A stretch of 64,000 nucleotides of DNA, from positions 248,001 to 312,000 of the forward strand of contig RSEE01000052.1 of the NCBI GenBank assembly GCA_003971905.1, read 5' to 3'. Below are positions 11,150 to 24,331 of the stretch, one piece after another. Position numbers and translations under genes: made by a program. The stretch comes from Moniliella sp. 'wahieum' (taxonomy: Eukaryota). Each line of letters begins with the position of its first letter. Position 1 is the first letter of the stretch. Below the pieces are notes generated by a model. That model worked only from the letters and a program-made list of their open reading frames with translations, made no database searches and had not been told where the DNA came from.

Positions 11150-13596
11150 CTACGCCCCCGACGTGTAGCGCCCCGTCAGCTCCACCACCAAGCCCGCGGC
11201 AAACATCAACACATAGGCAAGGAGCAGCGCAGTGCCCGTCTGCCGCTCCAGCGTCCACTTGGACCGCACCAGATACCCCAGCAGAACCACCAGACACCAC
11301 GCACCCGCCCCGGCAATCAGCAGCGGAGCGTGGCGTGCACTGTCACCTTGCCGTGCGGCCCATCCGGCACGCGGGAAGAAGATGGTCAAGCTGCCCGCCA
11401 GCCCCACCCCCGCGTCAAGTTGAGCAACGGGGTGGCAAAGCAGGCGGCAAGAGCCATGTGCGGTGGATGCGTGCCAGCGCCAGGTTGGCCACCAGGTCGC
11501 CGAGGAGTTGCCCAGCGCAACACAGTCGCACCGAGAACTAACGAGAAGGTTAGAGTCCAAGTACAAGCACAAGCATGGGCAAGCGGGAGGAGCGGAGAAA
11601 AGGGGACGTACCAGCTTGAGAGACTCCCATTGCTTCCCCCACATCTTCCGCAAGTCCACCAGCCAGCCAACGGTCGTCGTGATCCACAGGACACTTGTGA
11701 CAAATGCCAGCGTTAAGGGGCAAGCTGATGCCACCGACTGACAGTAGGCGCGAGAGCAGCAAGATAGCCCTCTTCCATCGCGCCAAGGGGCGGGATGAGC
11801 TGTTCAGAGGGAGGGGGAACTGCCCAGACGGGTGGTCCGCTCCGAGTCCCAACTCGTCACGATCGGTCCAGAGGGTCTGGAGCGAGTGCGTTGCTCAAGC
11901 CAGTGGCGGCGCGCTGAGGATCGTACCTACCAGGGCGCGGGTGGGGAGGGATAGCGCTTCGTGCGGCCAGCCATTTCCTCCGGACCAACCGACCGCAAAA
12001 ATGGTCCAGCCCAACATGGCCGCCACCAAGGCTGCCTGGACTGGAGAAAGGCGCTGCGTCACCGCCCCCCATTTACTCCACAAGCCCATGGCACGGAGCG
12101 AGGATGTGTAGACACCTGCCCACCTAGGCACATAGGCCGTGTCCGACGGGCTATGTTCTGGCCAGGTGGACCAACCACAAACCCGGGCACAATCCAGCGT
12201 GGAGGGGGGGAAGTACAATCGCCCTCGCTGCCTGACGAGCGGCGGCGCGGGAACGCGCCTGAGCAGCAATGTCCCGACGCTTGTGGGTGCGTGCGCTCGT
12301 TGGTTCAGTGGCGGCCGTAGTGGATGTTGATTCGGCCTGAGCTTGAGCATGTTCCGCCGCCGCGGAAGGGATGGGAATGGTAAGGAGAAACAGAAGAGAG
12401 GAGGTGCTCAGAGGGCCAGAATACGGGTGCTGATGCTCTCGCCTGCCTTGCCGCGGATGACAGGCAAGGCGGGTAACAGGGCAAGGCGGAATGTACGCCA
12501 GCGGGAATGGGGGGCATAGTCTTGCTCAGAGATTGGTGGGGCGTTGTCTCCGTCAGATGCTGCCTGCATGGGAGGTAGGGGACGAGGACAAGGGTGAGCC
12601 GGGGTTCTCAGCAGGTGGTTGTTGGAGGGAAGAAAAGGAGAGAGGAGAGGAGGGAGAGAGGAAATCAGCGGGGTCGGGTGTCTCCATGCTTGATCCGACC
12701 AGCCAGGGTGCTTTTGATGCACAACGCCTATCGGTGGTAAATCGATGGAGAGAAGGACGAGGTAGCCCATCAAAGAGTTCGTCGTGCGGTGTAGAGTCCT
12801 CATCTAGGCTCTGGGCTTCGCTCCGGATATGGATGCTTCTGCATCAAGATGAGCCACCACCGCGAAACTCGAGGGCGGCCAGCAGGGAATGGGAGCACCA
12901 GAGCCAAGGCATGGTGACGCGCATCGGCCCCATTGTCCTCGGACTCGGACTCAAAGGGAGAAGTGTTCGGGCTCAGTACGGGACGGGGGAGCGCATCATG
13001 GGGCAGCGCAGAATCGTCGCGATCAGGCGGGAGGCGGATCGGGCCAGTGCCATCAGGGCGGAGCAAGCGACGGAAGAAACGAAGTCCCGCGGGAGGGGCC
13101 AGCACTCGGCGGCGTAAAGAGCGTAGAGGGCCAAGAAGGCAATGCATGAGCGTAGGGTAAATCCAGCAAAACAGATAATCCCCACCAAGGCGCCCGACAC
13201 GCCCACGATGAGAGCTGCAATATCGCGGGCAAAGGCACGGCGGGGCAAGCCCAAATGAGACCTGTGGGGCGGGTAGGAAGTGGTGGAAGCAGGGCAGGCG
13301 GCTAGGATGACGACGCCCGCAACAAGGGTGGATACGAGGGCGGCGGCACCCAAGAGCTCGCCGAGCGCCAGCTGAGCGGCACCGCGGCGGACGGCAGCCA
13401 GCGCACCCGCGGCATCGGGGGCAGCGTTGCCCAGGGCCAGCAGGGTGACCCCGGCCGTGGGTTCATCCAGGGCCAATGCGTCGGCGAGGGCGGCGAGGGC
13501 GGGGGCCAGAAAGGTGCTGCTGACGAGGGAGAGAGAGATGAAGAGCTGGCCCACGACCGCTAGGCTGGCGAGCAGCGCGGGCGGCGGCAGAGCCAT
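11150..13596 (-). CDS. Cation/Ca2+ exchanger (CCX/NCLX, Ecm27-like), 1 intron, frameshifted
   Basis: Alpha-1 repeat AGVTLLALGNAAPD..GELLGAA and alpha-2 repeat VALGNSS..PLLN; multiple TM segments. Intron 11611-11538. Confidence 0.88.
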
Positions 13597-13685
13597 GGGC
13601 GCGGGGAGGGGGGGAAGGGGGAAGGGGGGGAGCGGCAGGGGCTCGGTGTGAGCGGGACGAAAGGGGTGTTGTAAGTGGTAGCAGC

Positions 13686-13720
13686 CAGGGATCAGGAATC
13701 AGGGATCAGGGATCAGGAAT
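13686..13720 (+). repeat. (CAGGRAT)n heptamer array
   Basis: cagggat caggaat cagggat cagggat caggaat upstream of the exchanger gene. Confidence 0.85.
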
Positions 13721-16700
13721 TGATCAGGTCGCGTGTGGGTTCAACTGAACGTCAACCGAAGTTGCTCGCGAACACGACGACACAGCATCCTATCCAACAT
13801 TTCAGAACGCCAAGCACGGCCCAACAGCGCCTCGTCCAGCTGGCACCAGCGCTGTTGCAATCATTAAGCATTAATCACCCCTGCGCCTCAGCGCCAGCCT
13901 CAGCCTGAGGCTGAGGGCTTGGTGCCTGAGACCCTGAACGCAGATACCAGGACCAGGCCCAAAATACACAGGCATGGCAGTGGCAATGGCAACGACAGCA
14001 AAGAGCCGCCCACTGCACCATCAAACACTCCGTGGACAAGCCGGGGCTGCTCAAGCTTCAAGCACGACGGCCTTTTGGCGCCACTGTAACCAAGGACGTG
14101 CATGTGAGAGAGAGACGGATACGCATCACGTCGAATCGAAATCGATGGAGCGGCAGCAGCACTACATTCGCCAGTGAGCATGCCGTTTGCATATGGCGCA
14201 GCATGTGTGGGGGCATGGCCCAACATACTTGTGCCCAATTATGAAGATGACGAGGTCAAAACGGACTGGTGCCGCACTGCCTGCGATCCCGGACCGTTTT
14301 GGCAAGCAGAGATACGCCGAGTCCATGGGGGGCATATAAGCCCCCCAATCGAAAACCCGCTTAGGTCAAGATGCGATGCGCGGCGAAAGCAAATAGCACC
14401 GCGCCCAGCCTGCCCCCCCTGACGCACGTCTATATGGATTCCTGCGGTGTCGGGATCAGACCCACATGGTCGCCCTTCTAGTCAGGGCCGGATTGACTGG
14501 TCTCTGATTTGTTAATCTAGACCCTGTTTTCCCCCTTTGCCTATGCTCCCCTTTCTTTCTCTGTGTGATTTAGTTCGCATGTTCTCTTCTTCTCCAAGGC
14601 ATATATACCTCGCCATCTTTCCATTCGATGAATATGATCCTCATCCTTTCCCCATCTCCATATCCTGCTATGGATGCGATGTATGGCCGTCTTGATGAGA
14701 ACGGGGGGTCCTGTTTTCTCTGATATCCACTGCTTTGGCATCTCCGTTGGTTTCACCTATTGAAATTGGGTATGATGTTGGGTTCTGGAGCCTGTATTTT
14801 GCCTCCCCCCGTCTCCCTCAATCATCTATAGGCCCTTCGGCGATAGTCATATGCCATGCATGTCCCAATGCATATCATCCACATACGAAGTTTTTTAACC
14901 ACCCACGTATGATTGATCCGAGATGAGCTGTATTCTCCAACCTCGATCAATTGGGGTCGTGACTCTGAGACCACTGTGATTCACGTCGGCTTCAGACGGG
15001 GGATCATTATAAGAGAAGTATGTGTGTTTTTCTAATGTGTGACATAACTGCACTGAATGACAGGGAACGGATTTTGGGCCAGGGAGCGGCGTAGAGAATT
15101 GTTGAAAGCAAAACCAAGGGAGAAAGAAGAGCACTACACTGACTGGAGAAGGAGGTTTGGCTGGATTCAGAAGTGTGGGAGGGAGATTGCTTCGGATGCC
15201 GACAGGTATTCATTCAGGCTGCATGGAATGGCGCCTTATATACCAGAGGAGAAGGAGAAGCTATCACACGGTAGACCACGCGTGATGAGGGGAAAGAGAC
15301 ACAAAAGGGGACAAGGAAGATCTAGAACAAGGATCATACCCGCATCCTGTGGGAATGTGTGTGTGATCCGTCAAGAAGAGAGGCTTTCTTGGTCGGAAAG
15401 ATGGGAAGGGACGTTGTGCACTATAATGATCAGCTCTCATCTGAGAGAGGTATAGCGCCTGAAAACTCTTGTGTGGGGAAACAAGAGAACGGGAAAAGAC
15501 AAGAGAACATATTAACTGCAGATATAGAAGAGAAAGGATAGAAGAGAAATGAAGCGCAACCAGGAAGAGATTCTTATAATTGTCTTCCTCTCATCGCATT
15601 CTGGTCTCCCTCGCCTTAGTGACCTTAGCCGCGAATAAGACTGTGGCACGAAGCGAGAGGTTTCACTAATTGAGATTTACACTCTCCCCCGCCCTTATAA
15701 CTAGGAGAAGGTACGGAACTCTGATCAAACAAACGGCGTCGTTAAAGACCGAGAAAATGCAACAGACGACGGAGTACAGAAGAGGATGGCATCGTATTGT
15801 GGTGTGTCGATCCACTTTCCACACATCCATTTTACGCAGGATAGGAGCTCGAGCGCATCTCAAGTATCTCTCTTCTATACAAAAGACTCTCTCGATGCCC
15901 TTCAAAACAGAGAACTTTAAAAGTAGGTTCAACGTCAACGTCCCTGTCAACTATAACTATATCGATCCTATATATAGCAACGTCATTAGTTCGATTAACC
16001 TTCAAGCTCAACCCTTCATCAACCCACATCATACTATTCAATAAAGGTGCTGCCACAGCGTAAGGCTTCCAAGTCGTTTTAACGCTTCAAAAAGACGGCC
16101 TACAGGATTCCAGTTTAAAGCGCTTCAACTACTAAGCACCAATCCTCTTGGCCTTCGGGGGCGCTCTTCGCGCCCTTATCGATTGTTGATTGGTTCGAGT
16201 AACCAATATCTATAGCATTATCGAGATGCATGTGTACAGTTTTCGATGCCTGCGCGCTTAACCTTACATGTGAAAATGCTCAACCGGGAGGCTCAACAGG
16301 GCTCAACGCACTGTACGCCCACATCTACTAGTACTTTACGGGGAAACGGTAATTTTTTAGCCTCCCTGCGAGGTTTGAGTAACTCTACTAGTAGCTACTG
16401 TAAGGGACTATACCGCCTTTAATGATTAATGACGAGCTATAGTAGTGGTCCTAGTGACTACAGGGCAACCAAGCGCGCACAGGGGGTACTGTGGATCGCG
16501 TGTACGGACCTGGTACGGCTGGTGGCGCCGCTGCGTTGTCGGCTTTGGTCCAGACTGCTGAAAGAGGAAGGAAGCCAACTGTAGTGGCAGGTACGAGGTG
16601 TGGCACACACGCGACAGAGCACAGTAGTGACTATCGTGGTGAATTCATTAATCATTCGTTTAGCGTTTACCGCGTTTAACGTTAACGTTTAGCAGACGGG

Positions 16701-17759
16701 CCACTGTCACATATCACTCCTTCGGTTGCCACACATCACATGCATCACTCTCATGTCACACACAACACACCACACGAATCACGTGTCACATGGTCATCTT
16801 AGCAAGTGGGCCGAGTAATGATCATCGATTTTCGGTCCATATACCAATGGACGTTGGACTATCGACTATTCCAATAGACTTCAAGTTGAAGCTTCAAGCT
16901 TCAAGCGTCAAGCCTGCGAGCCCCATTGGAGAGACTGACGGGGTTCGATATTGCTCGCATGCCTACCTTAGACTCCTTCGTGTCCAGCACTCGCGTTACA
17001 TCCGGTTTGGGAACAAGTAATGGAGGGAGCGAAAGGGTTCTTCGGCCTTAGCTTGATGCCTGAGGACGGTCTGACCGACTGGCGACAAACCCTTGACTTC
17101 CTAATTTGGTTGGCACGAGCTCAGCTAGTAGCATTAAACCCAGTGTCATCCGCAGGATATCCCTCATCGAATGAATGGCCAGCGCTGCAGTGGTCGATTT
17201 GATGATGCTGATGGTGACGGTGATGCAAGCTGCTTCGTGCAACAACGTGCATGGTGCATGGATCCTCGATTACTATATTCCTAGCAAGTTATCATATCAC
17301 ATGTCACAAAAAAGATGGTCTCCACGGCCGATTGCCACTGGAGCTTTTGGAGGGGAGCAAGCAGGAGCAAGCACAGCGACGAAACCAGCAACTCCAGAGA
17401 TGAAAACCCGCTACCAAACTCGTGGCCCACGGACGGAAGAGGTGGGTGAGTTTGGCGGGTCAATGATCCATGATGCATGAGATCTCGATGAATCGATGAA
17501 GCAGCTCTCTGTGATCTGCTACGGTCACATATGTGACGGTGACAACTTCTTAGATCTTGCTGTGAAAGGAAGACCCGATCCGCCACCAGAGCGATGAGGC
17601 ATAGGGGGGCGTATGTGCGTCCTGGGGTGAAACCGGTGAGGCAGGCACTGGAGAGGCCGAGGGTAGTTGGACATGGTACATGGGGTGGCTACGGACAACA
17701 GAAAACGCGTGTAGGGGCGATGCGCGCGCGAAAACCGCGTGCCTTGTAAGTCCCGGCTC

Positions 17760-18003
17760 TGAAGCTTGAAGCTTGAAGCTTGAAAGTCGATCTGCGACGC
17801 ATCAGGCTGATGTGCTGAAGTGGATGCGGAAGATGGATTGGTGTGGGCGCTCATGTTGAGCGAGGGAGCGCGCACGCTGGGTCCGTTTGCCTCCGAAATT
17901 TCAGGTGCGGGGTGCACCCAGTCTCGAGCGTAGCGAGTATCTTCCGCGTGGGTGGTAGAAGCTGAAGCTTCGAGCGTCGTCAAGCTTCAAGCTTCAAGCT
18001 TCA
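17760..18003. repeat. 24-bp perfect inverted repeat made of (GAAGCTT)n heptamers, flanking about 195 bp
   Basis: 17760-17783 tgaagcttgaagcttgaagcttga is the exact reverse complement of 17980-18003 tcaagcttcaagcttcaagcttca; a related array sits at 16879-16913. Confidence 0.85.
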
Positions 18004-18382
18004 AGCAGGCAAGCGTGGGGGGGCAGAGCGATACGCCAGGTGCATCTGTCTCATGCCTGTCGCACCGATCATGGGGGCAGTGCGGCGCCGTGCGGTGGAG
18101 ACGGATGCCGTGTGCGTTGCGCCGCCCAGGCATATGCCCAGTCGTGGGTTGCTGCCCCCCCGTGCCGCCATCGCCCTGTCCCGCCCACATGGGGCCCGGC
18201 AGGCACGGGGCCAGCAGACATGCATACCCAATGCCCAGGGCCCCGTCTGGTCCCGTCGGTGCTCAGTTCCTTCGACAGCTGCTCGCCCCTGGTCCTCCTC
18301 CTCCTCCTCCTTCTCCTCACCGCCACCGCTGCCGCCACCGCCGTTGCCCTTACCACACACGCTCCGTGGGCCCGCTGCCACA

Positions 18383-21300
18383 ATGGCCGCCCCCCTTCCC
18401 GCTTCCGTCCCCTCCCTTGTCGTGCGTGCCGCCGTCAGCCACGCGCTCGACGCTGTCCCTCCCGACTTTCCTTCCTCGCCTGCAACCAACAACCTCACCC
18501 AACTCGCCCTTTACTACACCCGCCATCCCGTTCCCCAGCGCTTCAACCCTGGCATTGTCGTCGCCTCCATCATCGTCTCGGCTCTTGGCTCTTACTCACC
18601 CTCCTTCTGCTCTCCAAGCGCACCTCCAACCATGGCTTGCGCAACTTTGCCTGGCTCCTGGGCGCCGCCGTGACTCAAATGGCCGTCGGTATCTGGGGCA
18701 TGCACTTCATTGGCATGCACATGACCTTACGCCCCAGCCGGGCGTGTCGTGGTGGATGCATTTCAACAGTGGCTTTACCGTATTTAGCCTCTTTGTGCCC
18801 CTCGTCGCGCTGGCTGCCGCATTTTACTTTGTCACAGTCAACACCCTCTCGCATATGCGTGTCCTATTCAGTGGCGTGACTGCAGGCGGGATTGTGGCAC
18901 TGATGCACTACTCGGCCTCGTTCAAGACCAACTTTGAGGTGCGGTACAAGGCGGTGTATGTGGTGTTTTCCATCGTGCTTGCTTGTCTGTCGGCGACGAC
19001 GGCGCTCTTCACTTTTTTCCGGTTGCATGCCCAGTGGGCCGACTCATGGTGGAAGCGATTGTTGTGTGCCTTGGTGCTGGCCACCGGGGTGTCGTCCATG
19101 CACTACCTCGGCCAGGCCGCACAATGTTCTTTGTGCCCAAAGAACGGAACCGTATGCTCGCTGTCTTGCACACCACCGACTCCCAGAGCATCAGCACGGC
19201 GATTGCCATTGGCGCCATGTGCGGTGCGATTGTAATTACCTCGTTTGTGCTGACCATGTCGGACCTGTTGCGGGAGCAGGCGGCGCGCGAGAGGGCGCGT
19301 AAGATTGTTGTGTGCTCCGCCACGTTTGACAAGCAAGGTCGTCTGCTCGTCAAGCCCGACGGAACGGTGCCGATGGTGGTGATCGAGTCGGAGATCCAGC
19401 CAAAGGACATGCTGCACTACCTCGACCGGCGACAGCCTTTGTTCCAGTGGCTCTATGCCATCTCGTGGGACTGGGACATGGTTCTCCCCTTTGTCCGTTC
19501 CATCGAGGCGCGCTTCCGTCGGACCCAGCCCGGTGCCAACTCGATCTTAGAGCAGGCCTCGCCCTTGGCCCGCTACTTTGGCCTGATTCGCACCAAAGAC
19601 AAACCCAAGACCCACACTGACGACGATAAGGGCCCCGGCAGCATTGACCTGGGCGAATTCAAAGACCGGTATATCTCTGCTGCCCATCAACTTTCGCTCG
19701 AACTCGCATCCCAATGGAGAACGTGGGTGTGCTGTACGACCGTGTTCCCCAACGGCACGTTGCTGCACCAAGAGCAGGATCAGGAAAAAAGAAGCGAGAA
19801 CGGCGCAATCGCAAGCCGGCCCGGCTCAGCAAGGTGTCTTCTACCGAGAAGCAAAAGGACGGCGATGGGGACACGGCAGATGTGTCCGCGGACGATGTTT
19901 CCTCCCTTTCTTCGGGCCCGGTATCAAGTGTGTTCAATGACGATCATGGCGGCGACCAGGAGGGCTTGCTTCTCTTTCTCGTCCGCGAGGTGGGCAACGG
20001 GGACCACGCCGCGGCCCAAGCCGAGGTGTCGCGGTACGAGGAAAAAGGGTACCGGATGACCGAAACGCGCTTTTTGACTCGCGTCTTGTCGGACCGTCTG
20101 TCGGTGCCCAAGCCTGAAATGACTGAAATGCTCAACGCCCTCAAACTCTATTCCAAGCGGGGCACCCGCCCTGTCGTCCAGCCCGGAGGCGTGTACGTGG
20201 GCATGTTTGGTGTGCGACCCACAACGTCAATCTATGGCGGGTTGGACGTGTTGACGTATGGGTTTGCCAAGCACATGATTCCTGCCTTCCGGGTACCCGA
20301 TGTACCGAAAGTGACACCCGAGATGCGTTCGTTTATGCGGGTGCTAGACCAACTGTCGTTGGACGAAGCGATGCGGACATGCGAGCGCGAGTCGATCCGG
20401 TCCGGGGAGCGGAGACAGTACCTGAGCCAAGATGGTCTCTTGCCTGCCCACGCAGAAGAGGAACTGATTCAATTCCAGATGGCGCTCTTTCTCGCGCTTG
20501 ATGCCCTGGCCAACGCCATGTCGTTTTACCCGCGCATCGCCCAGAGCAGCCGTCTGTCAGCCGAGCTGCTAGAAGTGCCGTCCAGTTTGGACGATTCGTC
20601 ACCGCCGGCGCAAATGATTTTGGTCCAGCCGTGCTGCCTTCGGAGGATGCCGCGGCTCACCGTACGGTGACACTTCGGCCGTCCCTGACCCAAATATGGT
20701 GCCGACCGAGACCAATGGAAACGGGACACCGTTTGTGTTTGTGCCGTACACGCTATTTGCCAAGGCGCAGATGATGTTGTTGCGAGGTCAGCAGGCTGAT
20801 GAGTTTGAAGATGAAGTCACGACCGAGCTGCGTCGGCGTCATCCCAACATGCTTATGGCCGGCACCGAGTTGGACCAGAAGAGGAGGAGGAAGCGGACAA
20901 CAACGATACGTACCGACTCGGCACGCGCAGCGGGATCCGCAATCCCTTGCCACGCTAGCTGCCGCGACGGGGATGGGGACCAACTCTGCCAATCCGGACG
21001 GTCGATCTGGTCGGCGGGCGAACGGTCGGGGAGGGACGAACGGTCGCGCCCGTCCTACCCGCCTGCAGCGCGCGCAAGCACGCTGACTGGTACCGGAACC
21101 GGTCGGCGCGCGTGCGGCCCCGAGCACGGACAAGGACCAACCCTGAAACGTACGAGCTCACGTCGCGGCTTCGGCTCGATCCAACGACCGTTGCTGGGCG
21201 GACGGTTCGGGGACGGAAAGTGCGCAGATTGCAGCAGTGGGCTGCACAGAGACGAGCGCGCGTTCTACTAACGTCCGAGGACCAAGTGTTCGGAGGACAA

Positions 21301-21749
21301 GTCGCAGGCTCAGGTCCAGGTGCATCCTCCCGTCACCGAGCAATTCTCCACCTCGGACAGCTCCCATGTCAAATCCGAATCCACTACCGCTACGGCTCCA
21401 GGGATGGACAGGCGCCAACAGCGCAAGCCCACGTCATTTTCCCCCCGCGCTCGGCAGCACGTGTGCAGATCCACTCGCCTACCGTCGATGGCCGCTACTC
21501 GGTGCCCCTTTCTGACCGTGGCGACGGTGTGGGCGAGGTAACGTCCGGACGCTCCGCTCGCTCCGGGTGGTCCAACCGATCGAATCGTCGCTGGGGCAGC
21601 CGAACCGTACCCGAGGTGGAGACAGTCGTCGGCCGAACCGAACGAAGCGTCACTCCGAGCCCGGCTCACCTCGGACGACTGGTCGTCGCGGCAACTCGAG
21701 TCGTTGGGACGAGGCCCGCGGCCCACTACTGCTGGGGGTGGACTACTAA
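18383..21749 (+). CDS. MHYT-domain integral membrane sensor protein with long cytoplasmic C-terminus (no intron seen, frameshifted)
   Basis: IVVASIIVSALGSY, GIWGMHFIGM (18700), ALMHYSAS (18903), SSMHYLG (19098); then RKIVVCSATFDKQGRLLVKPDGTVPM..PLFQWLYAISWDW, GLLLFLVRE, GYRMTE..; ends LLLGVDY*. Confidence 0.88.
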
Positions 21750-22397
21750 GTTGCTACCAAACGTACTCTGGCCCCTCTACCTGCTCGGGCCGGGCCCTCC
21801 ATTCAATCACCTTTGTTTCCAAGATGCGATGCATGTATCTGCTCTCTCCGCCCTCCCTTCTTGCAGCCTACTGCTTGCCCCCTTTGGCTGCCACGTTTCT
21901 CTCCGTACCCCTTTTCTCTTACGATACGTTGTAACGTTCTCTGTCCTGATCGATTCCGTTTCATATCCCCTTTGCCCCTCCGCCCTCGCCTCTCCATCAT
22001 GCCCCCTCTGTCCTTGCTCCGCGCTCTGAAACACTGCTTTTCTTCCCTTCAACGACCCGGCATTTCAGCCCTCTACCCCTTTGTTTCGGTTGATGCTTAT
22101 TATAGTGCTTGTCGCATGCATATATGTCTCTCTTTCGCTTAGGCCTATGGCTACTAGGTTGCTGTACTAGTCAAACCGGGACGGGGCCCAGCAGTCGCAA
22201 CTGCACAGCGGCGCAACCAGGATGGATAAACCAAATCATAATCATGCTGCCACAGATCCAACGAACGAATCGAAACCGATCCGGGCCTGGCACCGTGACG
22301 CGTGTCAGGCCCCTCTGAGGAAGCCACGGAGAGAGAAGTGAGAAAGCCTGGGGAAGGCACGAGCGGAGGGGGAGGAGCGAGAACGGGGAAGGGGGGA

Positions 22398-23967
22398 TTA
22401 AAGGTGTTTGTAGATGCCTGGTCCCAGCGCGTCTTGGTCATGGCCGCAATGATGGCGGAGCCTACGCCCGAACCTCGGCCTGGTAGAGCTTGATCTTGGC
22501 GCCGTTGGTAGGGCCAAAGATATCGACCAGGGCGGCGGCGAGGCGTTCGGGGAAGCCAGGGTACTTGCCAAACAAGCTTCCGTCTGCGCCCACACCGCAC
22601 CCCACCTCGATCAGGCCCATCTTGGTCACCAGCGCGGCGATGCCGCACGCCGACAGCCGTGCGGCGCGTGTGCCGATCAGTTGGGCCAACGAACGGAAAA
22701 ATTGCCGTTCTTCCAATGACGTCTCCAGCCGAAAAAGTGGGCAAAGAGGCCAGTGATCGTCAGCAGTTCCGGCGTCGGGTCGGCCTCCATGAGGGAGAGG
22801 AAGGCCGTGTCAAAGACAAAGGGCGAGTCGAGCTTGTACGTGTTCTGGCCGACAAACAGGTCGCTGGCGTCGATCATCTCCATCAGGCACAAGCGGAACA
22901 GCTCGCCAAGGTACAGGCCAGCAATCATCTTTTCGTACACTTGCTGCGTCGGCTTGTTGGAGGTCATGTCGATCGTCACGTCGTAGGGCGTGCGCGGCGG
23001 TACTGAGGATGGTACGAATCGAACGCGCCATATTCGCAGTTGATGGCCATCTCCTCCGATTCGTTCACCTCGGGTGGACCTTGGTAAACTTGGGGATGTT
23101 GGCAATGCGTTCCATGTAGGCCGCATTGCATCCCGTGCCAAAGATGCAGGCAATCTTTACGTCCGGGTTGGTGTAGTGGGAGGCAATCAGGGTACCGGTG
23201 GTGTCGTTGATAAGAGAGATGAGGCGGATGGGGATGTTGAACTTCTTGAGCGACGCACGGAACATGGCCGCCACGTCCATGCCCTCCGTGTTGGGGTTGC
23301 CAAAGCCCTTGGTCCAGCGGACGAGGCGGCCATGGTCAATCTTGTCCTGCTCCATGGGGTAGGAAAAGGTGAATCCGAGCGGCAAGCGGTGCTCGAGGTC
23401 GGCCGTGCCATCGGGCCGCTTGGGAATGTTTTCCTCCACAAACGTGCCGAGGCACTGGGCGCAAAAGTCAAACAATTCCGACCCCTCGCAATGCTTTTGT
23501 TGCTCCGTAAGCTTGAACTTGGACTGGGTCACCTCAAACGCGCGGTCGCCCTTGAGCTCAACGAGACAGACACGCAAGTTGGTACCACCAAGGTCGAGGG
23601 CGAGGTACTGGCCAGACTCCATGCCAGTCGGGAAGCCAAACACATACGCCGGAAACATCTGGACTGTCTGGCCTTCTTGTTGAGCCCATTCTGCAGGACC
23701 GAGACAAAGTTGCCGGTAATCTCCTTGAGCTTCTCGGGCGTGATGGTAAAGAGGTCGGTGTACTTGGCCAGAGGCGGTCGAGGGGTTCGGGCGGGCGTGC
23801 TGTGCCAGGGGCTCGAGGTCGACTTGAAGGTGACCTGCGGGGGGGGGGGGTGAGGGTGGTCAGTGCGCTGCGCATAGGAGGGGCGGCGGACGGGGGGAGG
23901 GACGTACGTGCTCGAAGCTGGGGGTGCCCGGGCGCGAGGGCGGGTGGGAACGCGGGGTGGAGGACAT
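22398..23967 (-). CDS. HXK: Hexokinase, 1 intron, frameshifted
   Basis: LALDLGGTNLRV, LGFTFSYP, RWTKGF, LINDTTGTL, IFGTGCNAAY, YEKMIAGLYLGE, GADGS, GSGVGSAIIAAM. Intron 23907-23835. Confidence 0.95.
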
Positions 23968-24331
23968 GGGCAGTGGGAAGAGCGAGGAGGAGATAGAAGA
24001 GAAGAAGAGAGAGAGAGAGAGAGGAGAGAAAAGAGAGAGAGTAGATAGGGGCAAAGGAAAGACGATGGGGCTGGGGTAGACGGGGGAGCGGCTGAGGCAG
24101 GCGAGATGGAGGGGGGCGCTCAGGTTGGCTGATGCGTTGGTGGTGCGAGAAGGGGAGGTTGTGAGGCCCAAGCAAACCCATGCACAGTCACCCCGTCCGC
24201 TCAGCTCTGCGATCATTCGAGCTGGCTGCTTAGCTTAGCGGCGTGGGTTGGTGTGCCAGCTGTGCTCTGACGCCGCGTGTGGGATGGGGAGCGGCGCTGG
24301 GCGCGCTGAGGCTGGCCGCTGGGCATGCGAG

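Noticed and set aside
14430..17500. Centromere candidate
   Set aside because: The GC dip is modest and there is no very AT-rich core or retroelement cluster. It cannot be supported from sequence alone.
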